Shown: positions 1 to 8,858 of the stretch, piece after piece
How positions within the stretch are numbered: position 1 is the stretch's first letter
Layout: each line of letters starts with the position of its first letter
NCBI GenBank assembly: GCA_964462045.1
Contig: CAYWWB010000004.1
Span: forward strand, 1 to 39,689
Source of the DNA: Candidatus Woesearchaeota archaeon
GTDB lineage: Archaea; Nanobdellota; Nanobdellia; Pacearchaeales; GW2011-AR1
Direction: 5' to 3'
DNA length: 39,689 bases
Program-made: the position numbers and the translations under genes
The notes under the pieces: generated by a model
Seen by the model: only the letters and a program-made list of their open reading frames with translations
What the model was told of the DNA's origin: nothing
Databases searched by the model: none

Positions 1-837
1 GAAATGAAAGATGTTGAAACTTTTACAAATGAATCTACAACTGGTTTAGATAATGCATGGGATTTTGTTGATAACCCTTATGATGATACTAATAATAAAG
101 ATATTTGGGATATTGAATCAGAAATTAACAATGGATATCCTCATCTTACTGAAATAGAAAGTTCAGGTGAGGTAAATAGTGACACATTGGTTACTGTTTC
201 ATCTGGAAGTCCTTTTTATACAAACAAATCTTCCAATCCATTTACATTAAGTAATATGGTTTCAGGAGAAGAGAGGCAAATTACTTTTGATATTAATGCA
301 ACAGGTTCAATAGGAGATATTTATGAAATGTTTGGAGAAGCGGTTCTTCTTGAAGATGATTCAATAAGTGATTCTACTTCAAGAAAAGATGTTTCTATAG
401 TAGAGACAAGCTTTGCAGTAGAAATGTCTCCTTTACTGAGTCAAAAAATTAATTGGACTATTAATTCAATTCCATTAAACAATGAATCTGCTCATGGAAA
501 TAATGGGACTGGAGAAACACAATATTATATTAATGTGACTGCAGATTATACCACTGTAGACGTATATATGAAAGCTAATAGAGATTTAGAAAGTCCTGGA
601 TTAGATAAATTAGGATTAGGGAATGAAACTTATTGGTATAATTATACAAATTCAAGTGTTCCTTTTAATGGAGAAAAACAATTGACAACAAATTATCAAG
701 ATAATAAAATTCTTGAAGATGTTGGAGACACAATAGTTTATCTTAAATATTATTTAGATGTTCCATCTACACAACCTGCTGGTGAATATAATAACACTGT
801 TTCATTCAAAGTTGTAAAACATGGTGAAACCCCTTAA
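1..837 (+). CDS. 5'-truncated secreted/surface beta-rich protein, paralog of 957..1523; function unknown
   Basis: The frame is open to the window edge (gaa precedes the ATG at 4) and the visible part has no signal peptide. Many N-x-S/T sequons. C-terminal block VYLKYYLDVPSTQPAGEYNNTVSFKV aligns with VYYRFWLDTPNDQPTGTYQNEVWFKG of the next gene. Confidence 0.7.
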   Translation, partial: EMKDVETFTNESTTGLDNAWDFVDNPYDDTNNKDIWDIESEINNGYPHLTEIESSGEVNSDTLVTVSSGSPFYTNKSSNPFTLSNMVSGEERQITFDINATGSIGDIYEMFGEAVLLEDDSISDSTSRKDVSIVETSFAVEMSPLLSQKINWTINSIPLNNESAHGNNGTGETQYYINVTADYTTVDVYMKANRDLESPGLDKLGLGNETYWYNYTNSSVPFNGEKQLTTNYQDNKILEDVGDTIVYLKYYLDVPSTQPAGEYNNTVSFKVVKHGETP

Positions 838-919
838 TTTTTAAAAATTTTAAAAAAAATTTAATTTTATCGACGGAAAAACATAAAAAATAATTAATAA
901 ATTATGTATTTTATAAAAC

Positions 920-934
920 CGAAAAGTTTATAAA
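920..934 (+). promoter_or_regulatory. Archaeal BRE/TATA (cgaaaag-TTTATAAA) 22 nt upstream of the ATG at 957
   Basis: Close match to the BRE (purine-rich) plus TATA consensus. The spacing implies a leaderless or near-leaderless mRNA. Confidence 0.5.
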
Positions 935-956
935 TAATAATATTTTTAAGAAAAAC

Positions 957-1523
957 ATGGTTAACAAAAAAAGAGCAACATTAAACATCTTAAGTGCAAT
1001 CTTGGTATTGTCTTTAGGAATGATTCTTATTCAAAATATTGGTAATGTTGATGCATATGAATCTGTTGCAAATACAACATCTCATGCAGATATTGATCAA
1101 TATTTTGCTCTTGAAATGTCTGCAAATTTAACAGATGGGATAAGATTTGGAAACATAGATGATTTAAATATTGATAATCATAATGCTTCAGGAAATTATA
1201 ATACATCAGATTTAACACAATTTTATATTTTAGTTTCAGAAGATTCAAATACAAATGTTAGTTTTCAAATAAATGCTAGTGATTTTACAAGTGGAACAGA
1301 CACATTAGGAGTTACAAATGAATCTTTTAGTAATAGTACTACCAATACTCTTAATAATCCTTCAATAGGTAATGAAACTTCACTTACAGAGGCCCTTCAA
1401 GGTGCAGGGAATGAGATTGATGTTGGAGAAAAAGTTTATTATAGATTTTGGTTAGATACTCCAAATGACCAACCAACAGGTACATATCAAAACGAAGTTT
1501 GGTTTAAAGGGTCTAGTGTTTAA
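957..1523 (+). CDS. Secreted beta-rich protein, paralog of the preceding ORF; function unknown
   Basis: ATG at 957. N-terminal signal/anchor KKRATLNILSAILVLSLGMILIQNIGNVDA. N/S/T-rich with many sequons. Shares a C-terminal strand motif with ORF 1..837. BRE/TATA at 920..934. Confidence 0.75.
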   Translation: MVNKKRATLNILSAILVLSLGMILIQNIGNVDAYESVANTTSHADIDQYFALEMSANLTDGIRFGNIDDLNIDNHNASGNYNTSDLTQFYILVSEDSNTNVSFQINASDFTSGTDTLGVTNESFSNSTTNTLNNPSIGNETSLTEALQGAGNEIDVGEKVYYRFWLDTPNDQPTGTYQNEVWFKGSSV

Positions 1524-1549
1524 AATATAAAAAAATAGAGGTGTGATTT

Positions 1550-2188
1550 ATGAAAAATAAAAATTTAAAATTTATTGTTTTATTTGCAAGTTTAATTATT
1601 TTTTCTAGTTTAGTTACTGCTGGAATTGGAATAAAAGTATCACAAGAATCTATTTTAGTTCCTGAGGGAGAAGAAGGATGTGTTACATATTATGTTTATA
1701 ATCCTTTTGATAAAGATTCTAAAGCTTCTATAAGTGTTACAAGTGAATTAAGAGATATCTTACAATATCAGGATAAAGAAACACAAATAATTCCTGCTGA
1801 AACATCTAGTGGTGAAGCTATCCCTGTTGAATTTTGTTTTCAGATTCCAAAACAAGTTTATGAAAAAGATTGTTTAGTTGGAGATATGTTATGTAAACAA
1901 GAGTGTAATATGGAAAGAAAAATATTTGAGGGTGAAGTTGTATTAAATGAAATACAGGAAGAGGGTGAAAATAATGAAGGTTCTGCAACAGCATTAACAT
2001 TAGGATATCCATTAAAAGTGGGTGTTAAATGTAAAGAACATCCAAGAGATTTAACTCCAGTGTATATTATTATTGCTGCAGTAGCTTTAATATTAATATT
2101 AATAACAACAAAAAAAGATAAAAAGAAAAAGAGTTCTTCTAGTAAATCTAGTAAAAAAAAGAAAAAATCTTCTAAAAAGAAAAAGTAA
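1550..2188 (+). CDS. Membrane-anchored surface protein with signal peptide, C-terminal TM helix and Lys/Ser-rich cytoplasmic tail
   Basis: Signal peptide LKFIVLFASLIIFSSLVTAG, C-terminal TM VYIIIAAVALILILITT, then KKDKKKKSSSSKSSKKKKKSSKKKK. A GAGGTG Shine-Dalgarno-like box lies just upstream. Confidence 0.7.
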   Translation: MKNKNLKFIVLFASLIIFSSLVTAGIGIKVSQESILVPEGEEGCVTYYVYNPFDKDSKASISVTSELRDILQYQDKETQIIPAETSSGEAIPVEFCFQIPKQVYEKDCLVGDMLCKQECNMERKIFEGEVVLNEIQEEGENNEGSATALTLGYPLKVGVKCKEHPRDLTPVYIIIAAVALILILITTKKDKKKKSSSSKSSKKKKKSSKKKK

Positions 2189-2215
2189 TAAAAACTCTTT
2201 TTGTTTAATTTTTTT

Positions 2216-5200
2216 ATGAAAATGAAAAAAAGAGTGTTGAGTATTGTTTTTGTTTTTATTGTCATAATTTCTTTAATATTTTTTATTAAGGGATTTCAAA
2301 TTTCAAATACTTCATCACATTTTACTATTTCTTTAAGTGAAGAAAGATGGGAGAATATATCTGCTCCTGAAGGCGTTTTTGAACCTTCTAATCCTTCTTT
2401 ATTTGGAACACATATAAATCATTTTGAAATTGGTTTTGTTAATTTAAGTATTAGTTCAAATGAGGTTCTTGAATGTAAAATAAAAACATCTAATAAAAAT
2501 ATTCTTACTATAAATGAAACAGGTTTATCAAAATCAAATGAAAATTATACTTTAAGTTATTCAATAAAACAAACTGATTCAATAATAAAAGATTCTAATG
2601 TGGGATACATTCCCTGGGTTTTGGAAAATTGTTCTATTATTGATTCTTCTGAAAATATTGTTGATTTTCAAAATGTTTCAAGAAGGATTTATGTTCATGA
2701 TGATGAATATTGGGAAGACAATGAAGTTACAAGAGCAGTAACTTGTGAAGGGACTCCCCATGTTTATTTTAATAATACTGGAAAATGTGAGTTTTCTGAA
2801 GACACAATGTTTGCTTTACAGATGAGAAATGGTAATCCAGTAAATGAGACTTGCTTTAATAGTCCTGGTATTGCTTGTGCAGATTCTTATTGTAATGGTA
2901 TTTATTTCCCTACTTGTGATCCTGTAGATTATTTTTCAGGATTTAGTATTGAAGAAAAAGACCCAAATAATTATGCAGAAATAACTTCTAGTTTCGCAGG
3001 ATATAGTACTCCTATAGCTTTTACAAAATATACTAATTCAAGTGGAACCTTTAAATTAAGAGTTCTTGAATCTCTTTCAAGTAAATCTTTTTCAGTAACA
3101 TTATATAATTTAACAAATGTAGATGAATCAAATACAAATATTTACGGGCCTTCTTCTTCACAAGGAGATTTATCTATAACAAATCAAGGAGATGGAACCT
3201 ACACAGTTGCATTTTACAATTTCTCAGAATATTCAGGAACTTTAGATTTTACTTTTAATATTTCTTTTACTCAAGAAGGATTAAATGATAACAGGACAAT
3301 GAAAGTAGTTATAGCTTATGGAACAGACACTAATCAAGGAGATCCAGATTATTTTATTTCTTTATTAAACGAATCTGTAGGATTGTATAATAATGATGAA
3401 GGACAGATAACAGGAATAACAACTGATACAGGAGGTGTTTGTGGAGATGAAGCTAATAATGATTTTGATTATTTAGGAACTTTTAGTGGGAATGATGTAT
3501 GGGCTTGGAGTTATGATTGTTTTGATGAAGATTGTCATTTAATGCAAGGAGACGACTCTCAAACAAATGAATTTGGTTCTGGTAAAACAGGGTTGTGTAA
3601 TTATCAAACAGAATTAAATTGTTCAGATGAATTTGATAATGATTATGATTATGTTTATGATGGAAGTTCAAATCCTGGAGGAAATTTAGATTTTACAGAT
3701 TGCCATGATGCAGATTGTTTTCATAATGGGGATGGGTTAAATACTTGCCCGACAAAAGAGTTAATATGTAATGACTCTGTCAACAATGATTGGGATTATA
3801 CTCTTGGAGAATCAGATAATTCAGGAGATATGAAAATAGAAAATAATGGGACAAAATATGATTGGACACATCAATCTGATGTAACTGATTGTGAAGATAT
3901 TGATTGTGATGGTAAAATTGGGGGAAGTTCTGGAGAATTATGTAATTGGGGATATGAATTAAATTGTTCTGATAATTTTGATAATGATGCATTACAATTA
4001 AAAGATTGTGAATTAAATTCTGTAGGAAGCTCAACAGCGCAAGTTACTCCTGCTTATGCAGAATATGATTGTAGTTCTTTTTGTAGAAGTTCTGTAGAAA
4101 ATCATGAATCAGGAACACAATGTTTTGATAATATAGATAATGATTGGGATGCTATAACAATCAATGGATATTATAATGATAATTATGCAGATTATCATGA
4201 TGGAGGAATTGATTGTAGATGGGGGGGATATTTTGGAATAGGAAATAATTATAATCCAGAAGAAGAATGTAATTTATCTCTTAATTCCAACTTAAAAAGA
4301 TGTGAGCTTGGAAGAGAATTAACATGTAATGATAAATTTGATAATGATTTTGATAAAGATGCTAGTGGGATGCCCACACCAAAATGGAATTTAAACACAA
4401 GTCTCTATTTTGAGATTTTTGGTATTACTTATACATCTCATGGGGATTATGATGATTATGATTGTGCAAAAGAAAGTATTGTTCCTTCAAATGAAGCATT
4501 AAATGATTCGTGGTGTTTTGATGGTGTGGATAATGATTTAGATGCTTATTATTTTAGTGGGAATGGATACTCTCAAAACTCTTCAGGGGGATTTGATTGT
4601 GATGATACAGATTGTTTTGGAATAATAAACCCTGCAGATGAGGATGAAGCTTGCATTGATAGTGAGTATAATGCTTCTAATCCTTTATTTACGAATCTTC
4701 CTTTTCCTGGAAGATTCTGTGCAAATAATATAGATGATGACTCAGACGGACCTATTGATTGTGATGATTTGGATTGTTATAGGCAATTTACAATGTGTTC
4801 TCAAGGGCCTTGTTATAAAAAGGAAGATATAAGATGGGATTCTTGTGCAGATTCTATTGATAATGATAATACAAACGGGACTGATTGTGCAGATTCTGAT
4901 TGTTATGGATTATTTGGTTCAGAAGAAGGAGATTTTTGTGAACAAACAGAATCTAATTGTTTAGATGGATTTGATAATGATGCTGATGGAAATGCAGATT
5001 GTGCAGATTCTGATTGTTATGGGCTTGTAGGAGATTATAGGGATGGAGAAGTTTATTGTTCTTCAAATGAAAATACTTTAGATTTGTGTTATGATGGTTT
5101 TGATAATGATGCTGACGGAGTTTATGATTGCTATGAATCTGAATGTAATAGTTATTGTGAACTTTCAGATATTTCTGGAACAAACCCGATATCATTACCA

Positions 5201-7336
5201 GTTAATTTGGGAACAACAAGTCTTAATTCAGTTTCAGATGCATATATTAAAGATTATACAAAACAAGTAAGAAAAGGAGAATATTATAATTTAACTATGA
5301 AAATGGATTCTAGTTCTAGTGATGCTCAATGGACTTTGGGAACTGCAACAGGGGGAAGTTTCCAAAAATCATATTTTGATACTGGCACTGCTCAATTACA
5401 AGGACCTAATTCAGATAATTTTACTCTAACTGAAACTTCAGTTGGTTTTACAATAGAATCAAATGAAGCAGATTTGTCTTCAGGTTATGAAATGTCTTTT
5501 GTTATTCGAGCTAATTCTGTTATGTCTCAATCTACTTATGAATTAACTTATGCAGAATCAACTGGTTCAAAATTATCTTTAAATAATGATATTTATCATG
5601 AAATAAATGAAAATGTAAACCCTGAAGCCCAAAAAATAGAAATTATTCCCAATAATACCGGGATTAATTACGGAGATTCAGTATATTTGAGAGGAAATAT
5701 CTCTGATAATAACCAATTAGGAGTATGTCAGTGGGAGGTTTATGGACAAGCTTCTTTTAGTCCTTCGGATTCAACTAATTGTAAAGCTAGTTTTAGTCCA
5801 ACACAAGAAGGGACATATTATATTAATTTAACTCCAAAAGATTATTATTCTAATGAGGGAGATACAATCACAAAAGAATATGATTTGAATATAATCCCAA
5901 CTAAAAATGAAGCAGAATTGAATCAAACTTTCTACAATTCTACAATTGATACTTTAGAATTTAATTTTAGTTTTAATGTCCCTTCTGGAGATTCTTTAGG
6001 AAATTGTGAAATAATGATGAAAAATTCAACAAATGAATATTCAATGAAAAACATCTCTGCAACAGGAAATCTTTGTCAAGGAACAATTGATATTTCTTCA
6101 ATAAATGATGGAATGTACACTTTCTTTGCAAAAGTAAATGAAACAACTGAAGGAAATTTAATTTTAAGTAAAAGTGATTCTTCATTAATTTGTTCTCAAG
6201 TTGTAAATGGAACTTGTGTTTTTGCTGATTTTAATAATAATACTTATCCGGATATTTGTGTAAAAGACACTACCCCCCCTGAAATAACTTTAATTTCTCC
6301 AAATAATGAAACCTCCACAACCTCTCCTGCTAACTTTAAATACAGTGTTACGGATTCTACTGACATAGCAAATTGTAGTTTAATTATAGACGGATCAATT
6401 TCTGAAACAGACACATACATAACTAAAGAAACAGAACAACAATTTTCAGAAACATTCTCAACTGGAACTTATTCTTGGAAAATAAATTGTACAGATGAAG
6501 TTGGAAATATTGGTGAGTCAGAAACCAGAACAATAACTGTTAAAAAACCTACAACTGGACCTGGAGGCGGTGGAAGTGATACAGGTAGAGGCGGAATAAG
6601 TGGAGGCATAGCACCTTCTGAACCATCATATGAAAGTTTTTCAATAGATAAAGAAGAAATTAGAACAAGAGCATATACTAATGAAATAAAAACAGAAATG
6701 ATAGAAATAAAAAACACTAAAGAAGAGACAATTGAATTTAAAATAGAAAGTGATACTTCATTTGCACTTTTACCAAAAAATATTACTCTTGAACCTAATG
6801 AAACCAAAATTATTCCTGTAAAATTTTACTCTCCAAACAGAATAGGAAATTATTTTGGAAGTGTAACAGTAGAATCAGAGGATGGAAAGAAAGTAATTCC
6901 AATAAAACTTTCAGTAATGGCTCCCTCACTTTTAGAAATAGATACTCGTGTTTTAGATAAAAGTAAATTAGTTACTTTTGAAAAGGAAGTTTTTGCAAAC
7001 ATAACTATAAAAAATAAAGACGATTTAAAAAAGAATATCACTTTAACATATTTCATAAGAAGAAACGCACAAGAATTTAAAAACAAAACAGAGAATATTA
7101 TGTTAAATGCTGGTGAAGAAATAAGTATTGTGAGGGGACTTCCTAAAGAAAATACTTTCTTAATTAAAAAAGATTATTTTCAAACAGAAGTAAAATATTC
7201 CAAAACAACACTACATTCAGAAGATAATTTTATAATAATTAATTGGATAACTGCAATAATCACTCTAATTGTTTTAGGTGTTTTAATTTCTCTAATTATT
7301 ATAAAAATAAAAAAGAACGAAAAAAACGAGGAATAA
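2216..7336 (+). CDS. Giant (~1700 aa) Cys/Asp-rich surface protein: signal/anchor, 11 CxDxxDNDxD...DCxDxDC modules, Ig-like domain, Gly-rich linker, C-terminal TM anchor
   Basis: One uninterrupted 5.1 kb frame. The track start at 2201 is TTG; the first ATGs are at 2216 and 2222. N-terminal hydrophobic VLSIVFVFIVIISLIFFI; C-terminal TM WITAIITLIVLGVLISLIII followed by KIKKNEKNEE. Dozens of N-x-S/T sequons. Confidence 0.9.
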   Translation: MKMKKRVLSIVFVFIVIISLIFFIKGFQISNTSSHFTISLSEERWENISAPEGVFEPSNPSLFGTHINHFEIGFVNLSISSNEVLECKIKTSNKNILTINETGLSKSNENYTLSYSIKQTDSIIKDSNVGYIPWVLENCSIIDSSENIVDFQNVSRRIYVHDDEYWEDNEVTRAVTCEGTPHVYFNNTGKCEFSEDTMFALQMRNGNPVNETCFNSPGIACADSYCNGIYFPTCDPVDYFSGFSIEEKDPNNYAEITSSFAGYSTPIAFTKYTNSSGTFKLRVLESLSSKSFSVTLYNLTNVDESNTNIYGPSSSQGDLSITNQGDGTYTVAFYNFSEYSGTLDFTFNISFTQEGLNDNRTMKVVIAYGTDTNQGDPDYFISLLNESVGLYNNDEGQITGITTDTGGVCGDEANNDFDYLGTFSGNDVWAWSYDCFDEDCHLMQGDDSQTNEFGSGKTGLCNYQTELNCSDEFDNDYDYVYDGSSNPGGNLDFTDCHDADCFHNGDGLNTCPTKELICNDSVNNDWDYTLGESDNSGDMKIENNGTKYDWTHQSDVTDCEDIDCDGKIGGSSGELCNWGYELNCSDNFDNDALQLKDCELNSVGSSTAQVTPAYAEYDCSSFCRSSVENHESGTQCFDNIDNDWDAITINGYYNDNYADYHDGGIDCRWGGYFGIGNNYNPEEECNLSLNSNLKRCELGRELTCNDKFDNDFDKDASGMPTPKWNLNTSLYFEIFGITYTSHGDYDDYDCAKESIVPSNEALNDSWCFDGVDNDLDAYYFSGNGYSQNSSGGFDCDDTDCFGIINPADEDEACIDSEYNASNPLFTNLPFPGRFCANNIDDDSDGPIDCDDLDCYRQFTMCSQGPCYKKEDIRWDSCADSIDNDNTNGTDCADSDCYGLFGSEEGDFCEQTESNCLDGFDNDADGNADCADSDCYGLVGDYRDGEVYCSSNENTLDLCYDGFDNDADGVYDCYESECNSYCELSDISGTNPISLPVNLGTTSLNSVSDAYIKDYTKQVRKGEYYNLTMKMDSSSSDAQWTLGTATGGSFQKSYFDTGTAQLQGPNSDNFTLTETSVGFTIESNEADLSSGYEMSFVIRANSVMSQSTYELTYAESTGSKLSLNNDIYHEINENVNPEAQKIEIIPNNTGINYGDSVYLRGNISDNNQLGVCQWEVYGQASFSPSDSTNCKASFSPTQEGTYYINLTPKDYYSNEGDTITKEYDLNIIPTKNEAELNQTFYNSTIDTLEFNFSFNVPSGDSLGNCEIMMKNSTNEYSMKNISATGNLCQGTIDISSINDGMYTFFAKVNETTEGNLILSKSDSSLICSQVVNGTCVFADFNNNTYPDICVKDTTPPEITLISPNNETSTTSPANFKYSVTDSTDIANCSLIIDGSISETDTYITKETEQQFSETFSTGTYSWKINCTDEVGNIGESETRTITVKKPTTGPGGGGSDTGRGGISGGIAPSEPSYESFSIDKEEIRTRAYTNEIKTEMIEIKNTKEETIEFKIESDTSFALLPKNITLEPNETKIIPVKFYSPNRIGNYFGSVTVESEDGKKVIPIKLSVMAPSLLEIDTRVLDKSKLVTFEKEVFANITIKNKDDLKKNITLTYFIRRNAQEFKNKTENIMLNAGEEISIVRGLPKENTFLIKKDYFQTEVKYSKTTLHSEDNFIIINWITAIITLIVLGVLISLIIIKIKKNEKNEE
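3440..5158 (+). repeat. Intragenic array of about 11 Cys/Asp-rich metal-binding-like modules (thrombospondin type 3 / MopE-like DNDxDG motif)
   Basis: Module cores read from the translation: CGDEANNDFDY, CSDEFDNDYDY, CNDSVNNDWDY, CSDNFDNDALQ, CFDNIDNDWDA, CNDKFDNDFDK, CFDGVDNDLDA, CANNIDDDSDG, CADSIDNDNTNG, CLDGFDNDADG, CYDGFDNDADG. Most are followed by DCxDxDC. A 26-nt perfect DNA repeat gattgtgcagattctgattgttatgg occurs at 4883..4908 and 4997..5022. Confidence 0.8.
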
Positions 7337-7366
7337 TTTTTTAAAACATTCTAAATACACTAGTAT

Positions 7367-8395
7367 ATGGTGGAGGTTTATTATTCTAAAAATATTGAAG
7401 GAATTTTGGAAAATATAGACTTTTCTAATTTGGGGGAGAATGTTGCAATAAAAACTCATTTTGGTGAGAAGGGATGTGATACCTATATTAATCCTGAAAT
7501 TGTTAGGAGGGTTTATGAAAAAGTGCAATCCTTAGGAAAAAAAGCTACACTTATTGAATGTAATGTTTTATACAAGGGAGAAAGAACTAAAGCTTCAAGT
7601 CATAAAAAACTAGCTAAAAAACACGGGTTTGATTTTGCTGAAATTGATATCTTAGATGGAGAAGGGGGAGACGAGTATGTTGAAAAAGATGTTGAAAAAG
7701 GAGTTGTGAATAAAGCTAAAGTTGGTAGGGGGATTGGAAAATATGATTCTATGGTTGTATTGAGTCACTTCAAAGGGCATATCGCAGCTGGTTATGGAGG
7801 GGTTTTCAAAAATGTTGGGATGGGATTAGGTTCAAGAGCAGGAAAACTTCATATGCATTCGAATATAAGTCCTTCTATTAATAGAAACAATTGTATAGCT
7901 TGTGGAAAATGTATTGAAAATTGTGATTTTGATGCAATCCACTGGAAAAAAGACAAAAACGGAGAGAAAAAAGCTGAAATAGATAGTAATAAGTGTGTAG
8001 GGTGTGCCATGTGTATTGCTGTTTGTCCTCAAAAAGCTGTTAAAATTCCTTGGGAAGGGTGTTCAAATGACGAGCTTCAAAAAAGAATTGTAGATTATTT
8101 TGACTCTATTGTGAAAGATATTGGAAAGGATAATATGATTTATATAAATGTCTTAGAAAACATAACAAAAAATTGTGATTGTGATGGAGAAAAACAAGAA
8201 CCTATTATGGAAGATATAGGGATATTGGTTTCTTATGATCCTGTTGCAATAGATAAAGCAAGTTTAGATTTAGCAAATAAAAATTCAAACAATGAATTTG
8301 ATAATATAAATGATGTTAATAAAAATGTCCAGGTTGATTATGCTTTTGAAAAAGGGCTTGGAAACAAAAATTATGAGATAAAGAATATTAAATAG
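7367..8395 (+). CDS. DUF362-family protein with inserted 2x[4Fe-4S] ferredoxin domain
   Basis: Two ferredoxin cluster motifs, CIACGKCIENC and CVGCAMCIAVCP, sit in a DUF362-like scaffold (IKTHFGE..., NCDCDG). Confidence 0.75.
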   Translation: MVEVYYSKNIEGILENIDFSNLGENVAIKTHFGEKGCDTYINPEIVRRVYEKVQSLGKKATLIECNVLYKGERTKASSHKKLAKKHGFDFAEIDILDGEGGDEYVEKDVEKGVVNKAKVGRGIGKYDSMVVLSHFKGHIAAGYGGVFKNVGMGLGSRAGKLHMHSNISPSINRNNCIACGKCIENCDFDAIHWKKDKNGEKKAEIDSNKCVGCAMCIAVCPQKAVKIPWEGCSNDELQKRIVDYFDSIVKDIGKDNMIYINVLENITKNCDCDGEKQEPIMEDIGILVSYDPVAIDKASLDLANKNSNNEFDNINDVNKNVQVDYAFEKGLGNKNYEIKNIK

Positions 8396-8431
8396 AATAA
8401 ATTTTTAAAGGTAATAATTCTAAACTAAGTT

Positions 8432-8857
8432 ATGGACGAAAAAAAAGAGGAAAAAACTTGTGAAGGTTGTGCAGGTTTATGTTGTAAATATGTGTCTATT
8501 GAAATAGATGTTCCAGAAGAAATAGATGATTTTGAAGATATTAAATGGTATGTTATACACAAAAATGTAAATGTGTATGTTGATGAAGATGATGAGTGGT
8601 ATGTTGAATTCCTAACACCCTGTGAATATGTAAGGGAGGATGGGAAATGTTCTATTCATGAAGATTTTACTAAAAATCCTGAAATAAAACGTCCTAAAAT
8701 ATGTAAAGAATATTCTACAGATGAGTGTCCTTTTTATAATAAATATAAAGAAAAATATACATTCAAAAACATTCATGATGTTGAAAATTATATTGAAAAC
8801 GTCTATAAAAAAGGAAAACATATAATTCCTGAAGACGAAGATGAGGATGAAGAATAA
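8432..8857 (+). CDS. YkgJ/UPF0153-type CxxCxxCC zinc/iron-chelating domain protein with acidic tail
   Basis: N-terminal CEGCAGLCCKY matches the CxxCxxCC signature. Further conserved Cys residues (TPCEY, GKCSIH). C-terminal EDEDEDEE. Confidence 0.65.
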   Translation: MDEKKEEKTCEGCAGLCCKYVSIEIDVPEEIDDFEDIKWYVIHKNVNVYVDEDDEWYVEFLTPCEYVREDGKCSIHEDFTKNPEIKRPKICKEYSTDECPFYNKYKEKYTFKNIHDVENYIENVYKKGKHIIPEDEDEDEE

Positions 8858-8858
8858 A

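Noticed and set aside
3483-7086. Minus-strand ORFs inside the giant gene (3483..3671, 3780..4034, 4953..5195, 5973..6185, 6469..6807, 6850..7086)
   Set aside because: These are antisense shadows of a continuous 5.1 kb plus-strand frame. Their translations are low-complexity (H/N/Q/L-rich) and have no start context.
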